Part shown: in pieces, positions 37,009 to 45,076 of the stretch
How positions within the stretch are numbered: the first letter of the stretch is position 1
Layout of the letters: each line of letters begins with the position of its first letter
DNA from: a virus
Lineage: Duplodnaviria; Caudoviricetes
Virus record (IMG/VR): IMGVR_UViG_3300008108_003798
Strand: one strand, 5' to 3'
DNA length: 64,000 nucleotides
Program-made: the position numbers and the translations under genes
Notes under the pieces: generated by a model
What the model was told of the DNA's origin: nothing
Databases searched by the model: none
Seen by the model: the letters and a program-made list of their open reading frames with translations, nothing else

Positions 37009-37212
37009 TTACATAACACCTTGCATTTTTTCAATTACTGGTACCAGTCTTTCAAGTATGACAGTAATCAGTATGAATGCAAGTAAACCAAATAAAACCC
37101 AATTTTTCTTTTTGCTTTGACTCAGCAGTGCCATAGCAATGATTTCATTGCCCAACAGTCTTAGGCTGATTTCAAATTTTTCTTCTGGTGCTGGGTTATC
37201 GTTGTCGTCCAT
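37009..37212 (-). CDS. small membrane protein
   Basis: EISLRLLGNEIIAM plus TM segment. Confidence 0.6.
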   Translation of the reverse strand: MDDNDNPAPEEKFEISLRLLGNEIIAMALLSQSKKKNWVLFGLLAFILITVILERLVPVIEKMQGVM

Positions 37213-37216
37213 ACAA

Positions 37217-37372
37217 CTATTTAGTTTTACGACGAGTGTTTTTCTTTGGCTGTTCCACTGTTGGCTTTAGAGTGACGTGACGTTCTTTATATCTTCCACA
37301 ACGACCTTTGCCTACATAGTAGGGAGTGCCATCTTCTCGCAGGTATTCGTAAACATAGTAATCTGTGTGCAT
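37217..37372 (-). pseudogene. truncated GIY-YIG homing endonuclease fragment
   Basis: MHTDYYVYEYLREDGTPYYVGKG.. then a stop after 51 aa. Confidence 0.6.
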
Positions 37373-37385
37373 AATAGTATTTATG

Positions 37386-37790
37386 AGGAGATTCTGTTGC
37401 TACGCTCTCCCCGGGCGCCCTGTAGTTATGCTGCTAGAGCAAACTCAGAAGGTGCAAAATTTTCATTTGCAGTTGTCATTTTCTTCGCGGTAACGGCGCT
37501 TAGATCCCGGTGACTCCATCCTGCCTAGTTCGTTGATCGATCCTATGTCAGGCCCATCATAAAAATACTGCGATTAATCCTAATACTAAAACAAATATAA
37601 TACTTACATTACCCCAAAAGATCTGTTCTTGCTCAGTCGGTACCTGTTCATCACAGTACTTTTTCCAATCAAGATCTTCGCTTCTGTCTTTACTCTCATC
37701 GTAATATACATACATCATCAGTCTTCTTATGGTGGACCTGCCGGGTGCCGCCCCCGGGTCTCATCCGTGTTCAGTGAACTTCAACATCAC
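37386..37790 (-). ncRNA. ssrA: circularly permuted two-piece tmRNA; tag (A)ANENFAPSEFALAA
   Basis: Acceptor piece ends CAGGTCC-A-CCA at 37730; coding piece starts GGGCCTG at 37555; 7-bp acceptor stem with G3.U70; tag ORF 37470..37426; outer ends approximate. Confidence 0.88.
37557..37718 (-). CDS. 53-aa single-TM protein inside the tmRNA intervening segment
   Basis: MMYVYYDESKDRSEDLDWKKYCDEQVPTEQEQIFWGNVSIIFVLVLGLIAVFL; stop lies 1 nt before the mature tmRNA 5' end. Confidence 0.6.
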   Translation of the reverse strand: MMYVYYDESKDRSEDLDWKKYCDEQVPTEQEQIFWGNVSIIFVLVLGLIAVFL

Positions 37791-37794
37791 AAGT

Positions 37795-37825
37795 TATTTA
37801 TATGCTAAAACAGTCAACCAGTCAA
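37795..37825 (-). promoter_or_regulatory. tmRNA promoter (sigma70 plus embedded late motif)
   Basis: TTGACT-17 nt-TATAAA; the -10 is part of TATAAATA. Confidence 0.7.
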
Positions 37826-37850
37826 GAACTTTTTTGTGTATGCTTGTTCG

Positions 37851-40730
37851 TCATTTCGCTGCTGCAATACGACGTGAGAGAGTGGCTTGAGCGTTGTATT
37901 CCTCTTGCCATTTCGACGGGCCGTTGGAGGGCGACACCTGAACTGCCGTAACCTTGTATTCTGGACAGTTGGTAGCCCAATCGCTGAAATCGGTGGTGAT
38001 AACATTGGCTTGGGTGTCGGGGTGGTGGAAGGTGGTGTAGACCACGCCCGGATTGACTTTGTCGGTCAGTGTTGCTCGCAGGGTGGTTTCCCCGGCACGT
38101 GAGGCCAGACGCACCCAATCACCCTCTTTGACACCGCGCACTTCAGCATCGTGGGGATGGATTTCCAACAAATCTTCAGTATGCCATATACTGTTCGCTG
38201 TGCGGCGTGTTTGGGCGCCCACGTTGTACTGCGACAGGATACGGCCCGTGGTGAGTAGCAGCGGGAAACGCGGGCCAGTGCGTTCATCAGTGGCAATATA
38301 TTCGGTGTTGATGAACCGACCTTTGCCACGCACGAAGGCATCGACGTGCATCAAAGGCGTGCCTTCAGGCGCTTTTTCGTTGCAGGGCCACTGGACCGAG
38401 CCCATCTCTTCGATCTTGTCATAGCTGACACCGGCGAAGGACGGCGTGGTCATGGCAATCTCTTCCATGATCTGCACCGGGTGGGTGTAGTTCCAGTTGG
38501 CACCCATTGCGTTAGCGAACAACTGGGTGACTTCCCAATCGGCATAACCCGGCTTCGGAGCCATTACCTTGCGTACCATGTTGATGCGGCGCTCAGTGTT
38601 GGTAAAGGTGCCGTCCTTTTCCAAGAAACTCGATCCAGGGAAGAACACATGGGCGTAGTTTGCGGTCTCGTTCAGGAACAGGTCATGCACGATCACGCAT
38701 TCCATCGCTGCCAGACCTGCCGCAACGTGCTTGGTGTCCGGGTCAGATTGCAGGATGTCTTCGCCTTGGCAGTACAACCCCTTGAAGGTGCCCTCCACGG
38801 CGGCATCCAGCATGTTGGGGATACGCAGGCCCGGCTCATTATCGATCTTCACGCCCCAGAGGTTTTCATAGATTGCCCGTACATCGTCGTTCTTCACATG
38901 GCGGTAACCCGGCAGTTCGTGCGGGAAGGATCCCATGTCGCACGAGCCTTGCACGTTGTTTTGGCCACGCAGCGGGTTCACACCCACGCCCGGACGGCCA
39001 ATGTTGCCGGTCATCATCGCCAAGTTTGCAATGCCGATCACGGTGGTCGAGCCTTGCGAATGTTCCGTCACGCCCAGACCGTAGTAGATCGAGCCGTTGC
39101 CGCCGGTGGCATAGGTGCGGGCCGCGGCGCGGACATCCTCGGCCTTGACGCCGGTTAGGATTTCCACCGCTTCGGGCGAATGGTTCGGGCGGCTGACAAA
39201 CTCGGCATAGTCTTGGAATTCATCCCAGTCGCAGCGGGTGCGGATGAACTCTTCGTTGTAGAGCTTTTCGGTCACGATCACATGCGCCAGTGCGGTGACC
39301 ATGGCCACGTTGGTGCCTGGTGTAAGTGCAAGGTGATGTACTGCTTTGATATGCGGGCTTACTACAATTTCAGTGCGGCGAGGGTCAATGACTATCAGTT
39401 TCGCTCCTTTACGCAGGCGTTTTTTTAGACGGCTTGCAAAGACCGGGTGACCTACAGCAGGATTGGCTCCAATCACAATGGCCACATCTGTATATTCTAC
39501 CGAATCAAAGTCTTGCGTTCCAGCACTGGTACCAAGAGTCTGACCCAAGCCATAACCGGTGGGCGAATGGCAGACGCGGGCGCAGGTGTCAGTGTTGTTG
39601 TTCAGGAACACTGCTCGAGTCAGTTTCTGCACCAGATAGGTTTCTTCATTGGTGCAGCGCGACGAGGTGATCACACCCACGGACTTTTGCCCGTATTTGG
39701 AAATTATGCCCTTCATGCGGTTCGCGGCGAATTCCATCGCCTCGGCCCACGAGACTTCTTTCCACGGGTCGTTGATGCTGTCGCGGATCATCGGCGACAG
39801 GATGCGGTCTTGGTGGGAGGCATAGCCATAGGCAAAGCGGCCCTTGACGCAGGAATGGCCACGGTTGGCCTTGCCGTGCTTGTAAGGGACCATCCGCACC
39901 AGCTCGTCGCCGCGCAGTTCAGCTTTAAACTGGCAACCCACACCGCAATAGGCGCAGGTGGTGATGACAGAGCGTTCCGGTGTGCCGATTTCGATGATCG
40001 ACTTTTCCTGCAAGGTCGCTGTCGGGCAGGCTTGTACGCAGGCACCGCAGGACACGCAATCCGAGGCCAGCGCATCATCGGTTTTTGCACCGAACGACAC
40101 ACGGCTGTCAAAGCCTCGACCTTCGATGGTCAGCGCAAAGGTGCCCTGCACCTCTTCACAAGCCCGCACACAGCGCGAGCAGACGATGCATTTCGCCGGG
40201 TCATAGGTGAAGTAGGGGTTGCTCTCGTCCTTGGCTTTCCACTGCGGATTGGCCTCGCCAGAGTTGTTCTTGGCGCGGAAGTGGGTGTCGATCGCCTCAT
40301 AGCGCACATCGCGCAGGCCGACGGCACCAGCCATGTCCTGCAACTCGCAATCGCCATTGGCCGAGCAGGTCAGGCAGTCCAGCGGGTGGTCCGAGATATA
40401 CAACTCCATTACGCCGCGACGCAGTTGTTTCAGATTGCCGGTTTGGGTTTTCACCCGGATGCCGGGGGCAACGGGCGTGGTGCAAGAGGCGGGCGTGCCA
40501 TTGCGGCCTTCGATTTCCACAAGGCACAGGCGGCAGGAGCCAAAGGCCTCAAGGTTGTCGGTCGCGCACAGCTTTGGCACTGTGATGCCAATCTCGGCGG
40601 CGGCTCGCATTATGCTGGTGTCTTTGGGCACGGTCACATCGAACCCGTCGATGTTCAGGGTCACCGTAGCGGTCGAACGCACATAGGGCGTGCCAAAATC
40701 GCGGTCCGAGGGAATAATGAAGTCTTTCAT
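37851..40730 (-). CDS. fdsA: NAD-dependent molybdenum formate dehydrogenase alpha subunit (959 aa)
   Basis: True start MKDFIIP at 40730; 2Fe-2S Cys set, HPLDCLTC..NGDC, CIVCSRCVRAC, CVSCGACVQAC, CAYCGVGC, active-site CARVCH, PLRGQNNVQG. Confidence 0.93.
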   Translation of the reverse strand: MKDFIIPSDRDFGTPYVRSTATVTLNIDGFDVTVPKDTSIMRAAAEIGITVPKLCATDNLEAFGSCRLCLVEIEGRNGTPASCTTPVAPGIRVKTQTGNLKQLRRGVMELYISDHPLDCLTCSANGDCELQDMAGAVGLRDVRYEAIDTHFRAKNNSGEANPQWKAKDESNPYFTYDPAKCIVCSRCVRACEEVQGTFALTIEGRGFDSRVSFGAKTDDALASDCVSCGACVQACPTATLQEKSIIEIGTPERSVITTCAYCGVGCQFKAELRGDELVRMVPYKHGKANRGHSCVKGRFAYGYASHQDRILSPMIRDSINDPWKEVSWAEAMEFAANRMKGIISKYGQKSVGVITSSRCTNEETYLVQKLTRAVFLNNNTDTCARVCHSPTGYGLGQTLGTSAGTQDFDSVEYTDVAIVIGANPAVGHPVFASRLKKRLRKGAKLIVIDPRRTEIVVSPHIKAVHHLALTPGTNVAMVTALAHVIVTEKLYNEEFIRTRCDWDEFQDYAEFVSRPNHSPEAVEILTGVKAEDVRAAARTYATGGNGSIYYGLGVTEHSQGSTTVIGIANLAMMTGNIGRPGVGVNPLRGQNNVQGSCDMGSFPHELPGYRHVKNDDVRAIYENLWGVKIDNEPGLRIPNMLDAAVEGTFKGLYCQGEDILQSDPDTKHVAAGLAAMECVIVHDLFLNETANYAHVFFPGSSFLEKDGTFTNTERRINMVRKVMAPKPGYADWEVTQLFANAMGANWNYTHPVQIMEEIAMTTPSFAGVSYDKIEEMGSVQWPCNEKAPEGTPLMHVDAFVRGKGRFINTEYIATDERTGPRFPLLLTTGRILSQYNVGAQTRRTANSIWHTEDLLEIHPHDAEVRGVKEGDWVRLASRAGETTLRATLTDKVNPGVVYTTFHHPDTQANVITTDFSDWATNCPEYKVTAVQVSPSNGPSKWQEEYNAQATLSRRIAAAK

Positions 40731-40761
40731 TCGGCGGCGTCCATCTGGGCTATTTGAGTGC

Positions 40762-40953
40762 TTACCATGTTTTTTTGCTCCATGCTTCTTCGAACCCGTC
40801 TTCGTGAACAACGTTTTCATGATTACCCCAGATACGTTCAAAGTAACCGTTGTACACACTCATGATGTCTTTTTCACTCCATGCATCTGGAATCAGGTGT
40901 CCTTTGACAATCCAATAATATCTATTGGCTTCTTTGTGTTCGTATGCTGTCAC
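40762..40953 (-). CDS. hypothetical protein
   Basis: YYWIVKGHLIPDAW; phage-like codon usage. Confidence 0.6.
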   Translation of the reverse strand: MTAYEHKEANRYYWIVKGHLIPDAWSEKDIMSVYNGYFERIWGNHENVVHEDGFEEAWSKKTW

Positions 40954-40967
40954 AGAGTATTTATTTT

Positions 40968-41177
40968 TTAATTCCCAAAAGAGTAGCAGGATTCAAGATC
41001 CACCCACTCATCTTCCATTTCTAGGCTTTCGGTGTAATCATAAACACCAATGCCTTTTAACCGTAGGTATGTAATGTCAATGGGTCGCATCAATACAGGA
41101 AGGGCGATTTCTCTGCAAGGATTGCTAATTTTGATTGGCCAGTCCACATCTACTAGATGTGCTTTAACTTTCGTCAT
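40968..41177 (-). CDS. hypothetical protein
   Basis: Likely start MTKVKA at 41177. Confidence 0.5.
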   Translation of the reverse strand: MTKVKAHLVDVDWPIKISNPCREIALPVLMRPIDITYLRLKGIGVYDYTESLEMEDEWVDLESCYSFGN

Positions 41178-41382
41178 CGCTGACTTCAACTTCAACTTCA
41201 ATTTCAACATCTTCAACAACGACCTTTTTTTTCTTTCTGCCGTAGAATCCAGAAGTATATTCAATTTCTTCTGTTCTTTCACCTGTTGAACAAACTTTAA
41301 CTTTGCCGCCTCGGTTGAGAAACTCCTCAATTAGTTCCTTTGGAGTATTATGGTGCATACGACCGATTGTGTTCATTGTCAA
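41164..41382 (-). CDS. small conserved phage protein
   Basis: IEEFLNRGGKVKVC motif. Confidence 0.6.
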   Translation of the reverse strand: MTMNTIGRMHHNTPKELIEEFLNRGGKVKVCSTGERTEEIEYTSGFYGRKKKKVVVEDVEIEVEVEVSDDES

Positions 41383-41587
41383 ACCTTTCTAAAATTTCTG
41401 TGACGTGTTTGCATTTTCCATAGAAAGTAAATCCAGTGCAACTGCACTCGAATCCGTTTTCAGTAACTGTAATGGAATATGTGTTGTTTTTGCTGCCTTT
41501 GGCAGTCCATTCTAAACCAAGCAGCAAAGAGTTTTTAAACGGTCCCCAACCTTCGGGCTTGTAGTAGCGTTTAGAAAACTTTTTCAT
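41348..41587 (-). CDS. SWIM zinc-finger protein
   Basis: ECSCTGFTFYGKCKH. Confidence 0.8.
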   Translation of the reverse strand: MKKFSKRYYKPEGWGPFKNSLLLGLEWTAKGSKNNTYSITVTENGFECSCTGFTFYGKCKHVTEILERFDNEHNRSYAP

Positions 41588-41634
41588 TGCTTGCTCCGTG
41601 TTGCTATTGAGTTATAGCATACAATAGATATCTG

Positions 41635-41967
41635 TCAAGTGTTTTTTCTGGAACGTTCCACCATGATGTCTAGAATTTCTTCAAGAGTCAAGTGATGCTG
41701 TTCCGGGTGCAGTCGCATTATTGTATTGCTAAATTCAGCATCGTCCTTGGCAATTAAACCAAAATTTACCAGCAGGTTTTCTTCTGTTAAATCATCGTTT
41801 AATTGATGTGCAGCCCAAATTGCAGACATTAACAGTACGTTAACTGATAGATCCTTACTGTTGATTTTATTATTGAGCAAGTATGAAATTGCTTTTTTTC
41901 TTACATTATAATAAAACGTTACCTTACGTGCAATTCCGTAAAGGTAATCAATGTTTTCTTTGTCCAT
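41635..41967 (-). CDS. hypothetical protein
   Basis: ORF track; TAATG coupling. Confidence 0.6.
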   Translation of the reverse strand: MDKENIDYLYGIARKVTFYYNVRKKAISYLLNNKINSKDLSVNVLLMSAIWAAHQLNDDLTEENLLVNFGLIAKDDAEFSNTIMRLHPEQHHLTLEEILDIMVERSRKNT

Positions 41968-42242
41968 TAAATCCTCGATTTGGGCATAAAAAAGTATAGC
42001 AAACTACCGCCAGGATTTACTGCCAATTTTAATTCTTCAGTGCGGAAATAGTCAATGCTGTGTCCAGTACGTTTCACGGTCCACATATCGCTGACTTTTT
42101 GATTCTGCACCATAATACTGGGTAGGTTGCGTTCAAAGGAAATTGCACGATAACGCAACACTTTGCCGTCAAATTGAGTGGGCTCAACTCCGTATTCAAC
42201 TTGAATATATTTTTTTAAATCGTTAAGTGTATCCATCGTCAT
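41967..42242 (-). CDS. hypothetical protein
   Basis: ORF track; GAGG RBS. Confidence 0.6.
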   Translation of the reverse strand: MTMDTLNDLKKYIQVEYGVEPTQFDGKVLRYRAISFERNLPSIMVQNQKVSDMWTVKRTGHSIDYFRTEELKLAVNPGGSLLYFFMPKSRI

Positions 42243-42262
42243 TTACCTCTATAGTGTATTTA

Positions 42263-42442
42263 TTATAGGTCAGTTTTCTTTTCTTGTATCTCTTTGCGAC
42301 GTTGAATGATTAGATCCTTCATTTCGTGTAGTGCTTGTCTTGCTCGAACAGCACTCGCCTTTACACCTTTTTGCTCGAACTTTTCAGTTTCCTGCAAATA
42401 GATAGCAAAGGCAAGTTTTAACTGTTCGTGCGTGTCACTCAC
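42263..42442 (-). CDS. histone H1-like (Hc1-type) small DNA-binding protein
   Basis: GTG start; EKFEQKGVKASAVRARQAL..MK.LI..RRKEIQEKK; absent from the ORF track. Confidence 0.6.
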   Translation of the reverse strand: MSDTHEQLKLAFAIYLQETEKFEQKGVKASAVRARQALHEMKDLIIQRRKEIQEKKTDL

Positions 42443-43004
42443 CGAGAATTACCTCACATACTTCTTGCCAGTTGTTTACGCGAACAACCGCTGGGTTTTG
42501 ATACCATTGATTGTGTGGATGATCAATAAGGATTGGACGGTGACCGTATTTCAAACCAGTGTCGCAGTTTTCTGGTTTGTCTTCGATCCACCAATGTCCC
42601 TGCTCGTACTTGTCTAAGGCGTCATCTTTGTCTGCACCAGTATCAAGGCAGATGAGATCGTCAAACGCAGCACTGCCGATAGTACGGTTAAGGTTGATCC
42701 AACGCAGTTCTTTGGCATATGGATCGAGGCTCAAACTGGTAATTACGTCAAAGCGGTAGCCCTCTGCAAACAATCGAGCAACACCTGTGTCTGCATCTCG
42801 CAGCACTGGCAAGCAACACATCCAAGCACTTTCGTTGAATTCACGTACAACGTCATGCTTGTCTTCTTTGGGGATACCGTATGCTTCAGCAAGGTTGTAG
42901 ATACCGTGCTTGATCTTGGTATAGCCTTTTTTAATCATCCACTCGTGGAATGGACCTTCCCAGTCCAGCAACACGCCGTCACAGTCCGTTAGAATCTTTT
43001 TCAT
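42435..43004 (-). CDS. HAD-family 5'(3')-deoxyribonucleotidase
   Basis: LTDCDGVLLDW, VITS, WIEDKPEN, ILIDHPHNQ. Confidence 0.85.
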   Translation of the reverse strand: MKKILTDCDGVLLDWEGPFHEWMIKKGYTKIKHGIYNLAEAYGIPKEDKHDVVREFNESAWMCCLPVLRDADTGVARLFAEGYRFDVITSLSLDPYAKELRWINLNRTIGSAAFDDLICLDTGADKDDALDKYEQGHWWIEDKPENCDTGLKYGHRPILIDHPHNQWYQNPAVVRVNNWQEVCEVILGE

Positions 43005-43052
43005 GTTTCACCTTTGTTTCACAACTTACTATAGCAGTAACTTTAAGGTTTG

Positions 43053-43343
43053 TCAACCAACCTTGACCGTAGACTGACCTGTTACAACTGTAGTTGCTCC
43101 ACATTTACGTAAATCACCATTTCGGTGTACAGGTGCACCGTAACAAAAAACAGTTCCGGATCCTTCGGCAGTGTCAGTTGGTGGCACAGGATGTAAGAAG
43201 CCATCTGGTTCTGCTGTGCTTTCGTGTACTATAATAGGTTTACCGTTTATTTTAACAGTTTGCGGACTAGAATCTCCGTCGGCATTTAACTCGCCGCCGC
43301 CGTGTGAATTTTGATCTCCTTCGACTGCCCACAACTCTGCCAT
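43053..43343 (-). CDS. PAAR-type tail spike tip (gp5.4-like)
   Basis: GD..SHGG, VKINGKPI, H, GSGTVF..G.PVHR.GD...CG. Confidence 0.8.
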   Translation of the reverse strand: MAELWAVEGDQNSHGGGELNADGDSSPQTVKINGKPIIVHESTAEPDGFLHPVPPTDTAEGSGTVFCYGAPVHRNGDLRKCGATTVVTGQSTVKVG

Positions 43344-43352
43344 AATAACTCC

Positions 43353-43658
43353 TTATATCATCTTAATGCCGCTGGTACTGCTGATATACTGCTTGGCCAT
43401 TTCGCTGTCAGTCTTAGCAATAAAGATCACTGCATTTTTGTTAATCTCGATCTTGGAATCTGGATTAACTGTAAATGTGTAAGGACCTAGACCCAGTCCT
43501 TGCTGTGTTGCCATAATTGCCAATGGCTTGGACACCACATAGGTATTTGTTTTGGTTTCAACAAGTCTAGCAATCAGTTCATCGCCGTTGAATGTTTTAA
43601 TAGTAACGGTATCGCCGTCCTTCATTGGTGCTTCAATAAGCATTAATCGTTTCTCCAC
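43353..43658 (-). CDS. conserved phage hypothetical protein
   Basis: VTIKTFNGDELIARL..Y...TSGI. Confidence 0.65.
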   Translation of the reverse strand: MEKRLMLIEAPMKDGDTVTIKTFNGDELIARLVETKTNTYVVSKPLAIMATQQGLGLGPYTFTVNPDSKIEINKNAVIFIAKTDSEMAKQYISSTSGIKMI

Positions 43659-43894
43659 ATGTCATGATCTTCAAAGTATTTTTCCAGTGCGTCTGATCCG
43701 CCAATGTAATTTCCATGTAGGAAAATTTGTGGAACAGTTCTAGCATTAGGTGCTGCTTCTAACAACTGTTCCTTGGTCCAAGGCCCAGCAGTAATATTTC
43801 TTTCTTCGTAGCGTATACCTTTACCATCAAGCATACGCTTTGCTTTAACGCAATAGGGGCAGTTGTCCTTGCTCCATACAATAGTTTCGCTCAT
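43643..43894 (-). CDS. glutaredoxin
   Basis: CPYC, TVPQIF, IGG. Confidence 0.93.
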   Translation of the reverse strand: MSETIVWSKDNCPYCVKAKRMLDGKGIRYEERNITAGPWTKEQLLEAAPNARTVPQIFLHGNYIGGSDALEKYFEDHDMWRND

Positions 43895-45021
43895 AATGAT
43901 AATCCTTTAAATGTATCTGTGCCTACATCCTGTTTGATAGCGCCCACAGTGTATGAACTGATCTCAGTTTCTTGTGGCGCAACTTGAACTTCCGAACCGG
44001 AAATCCATTTTTGTGTCCACGGCAATGGATTGTTCTTTACAGTGTAAGGGCTCTTGAGACCAACCATGTTCATACGCTTGGTAGCAATCCACTCGATGTA
44101 TTCAGTTAGCAGTTGAGTGTTGAGACCAATCATACTGCCACCTTTGAACAGATAGTCTGCCCAAGTTTTTTCTTGATCAACTGCATCAACAAACATCTTG
44201 ATAGAATCTGCTTCTGTTTCTTTTGCAATCTTGGCGTAATCAGGATCGTCTTTTTGCAATAGTTTTAGCAGCATCTGCGTTGATGCAAGATGCAGGTTCT
44301 CATCACGTGCAATAAATTTGATGATTTTAGCATTGCCTTCCATCTTCTTCAGTTCAGCAAATGCCCACGAACAAGCAAAACTAACATAGAAGCGAACACC
44401 TTCTAGAATGTTAACACTCATCAGTGCAAGCCATAGTTTCTTCTTTAGTTCGTACAACTCAACTGCAACTTCTTTACCGTTAACTGTGTGAGTGCCTGCG
44501 CCAAGCAAATTATACCAAGTTGCAAGTTCAATCAGTTCGTCATAATTTTTGCTGATATCTTCTGCACAATCGATAATTTCTTCAATGTCCATCATCTCGT
44601 CAAAGATCTTGCTCGGATTGGCATAGACGTTGCGAATGATGTGTGTATAACTGCGGCTGTGAATTGATTCAGAAAATGTCCAAGTCAGGATCCAGTTTTC
44701 AAGTTCTGGCAAACTTACAATAGGACTAAATGCTTCTACAGGAGCACGACCTTGTACACTATCAAGTAGAATTTGACGCTTTAGATTGCTGGTAAAAATA
44801 TGTTGTTCATGTGCTGTTAGAGCCTTGAAGTCTGTTGCGTCTTTGTAAACGTCGATCTCTTCAGGACGCCAAAAGAAACCAAGTTGTTTATCAGTGAGTT
44901 GATCAAACTGTTTGTACTTCAGCGTGTCATAACGCTGGATAGTAGGACCACCTGTTGGGTCGAGAAATGCCATTACCTGTGTATGATCTGCACGGTTTTC
45001 TAAATCAAATACGCTGCTCAT
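43891..45021 (-). CDS. nrdB: class Ia ribonucleotide reductase beta subunit
   Basis: FFWRPEE, LLDSVQGR, ESIHSRSY, EGVRFYVSF, IARDENLH. Confidence 0.96.
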   Translation of the reverse strand: MSSVFDLENRADHTQVMAFLDPTGGPTIQRYDTLKYKQFDQLTDKQLGFFWRPEEIDVYKDATDFKALTAHEQHIFTSNLKRQILLDSVQGRAPVEAFSPIVSLPELENWILTWTFSESIHSRSYTHIIRNVYANPSKIFDEMMDIEEIIDCAEDISKNYDELIELATWYNLLGAGTHTVNGKEVAVELYELKKKLWLALMSVNILEGVRFYVSFACSWAFAELKKMEGNAKIIKFIARDENLHLASTQMLLKLLQKDDPDYAKIAKETEADSIKMFVDAVDQEKTWADYLFKGGSMIGLNTQLLTEYIEWIATKRMNMVGLKSPYTVKNNPLPWTQKWISGSEVQVAPQETEISSYTVGAIKQDVGTDTFKGLSL

Positions 45022-45076
45022 TTTTATCCTTTGTTAAATGCTATAAGAGTGTAACAGAGCCCTCGGGCTCTGTCAA

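Noticed and set aside
39560-39600. Selenocysteine at the FDH active site
   Set aside because: The codon is TGC (Cys); there is no in-frame TGA.
40731-40859. 43-aa N-terminal extension of FdsA in the ORF track
   Set aside because: It overlaps a separate phage ORF in another frame; FdsA similarity begins at MKDFIIP (40730).
38053-40971. Long alternative ORFs such as 39447..40757 (+) and 38346..39158 (+)
   Set aside because: These are antisense or frame shadows typical of high-GC coding DNA; no recognisable motifs.
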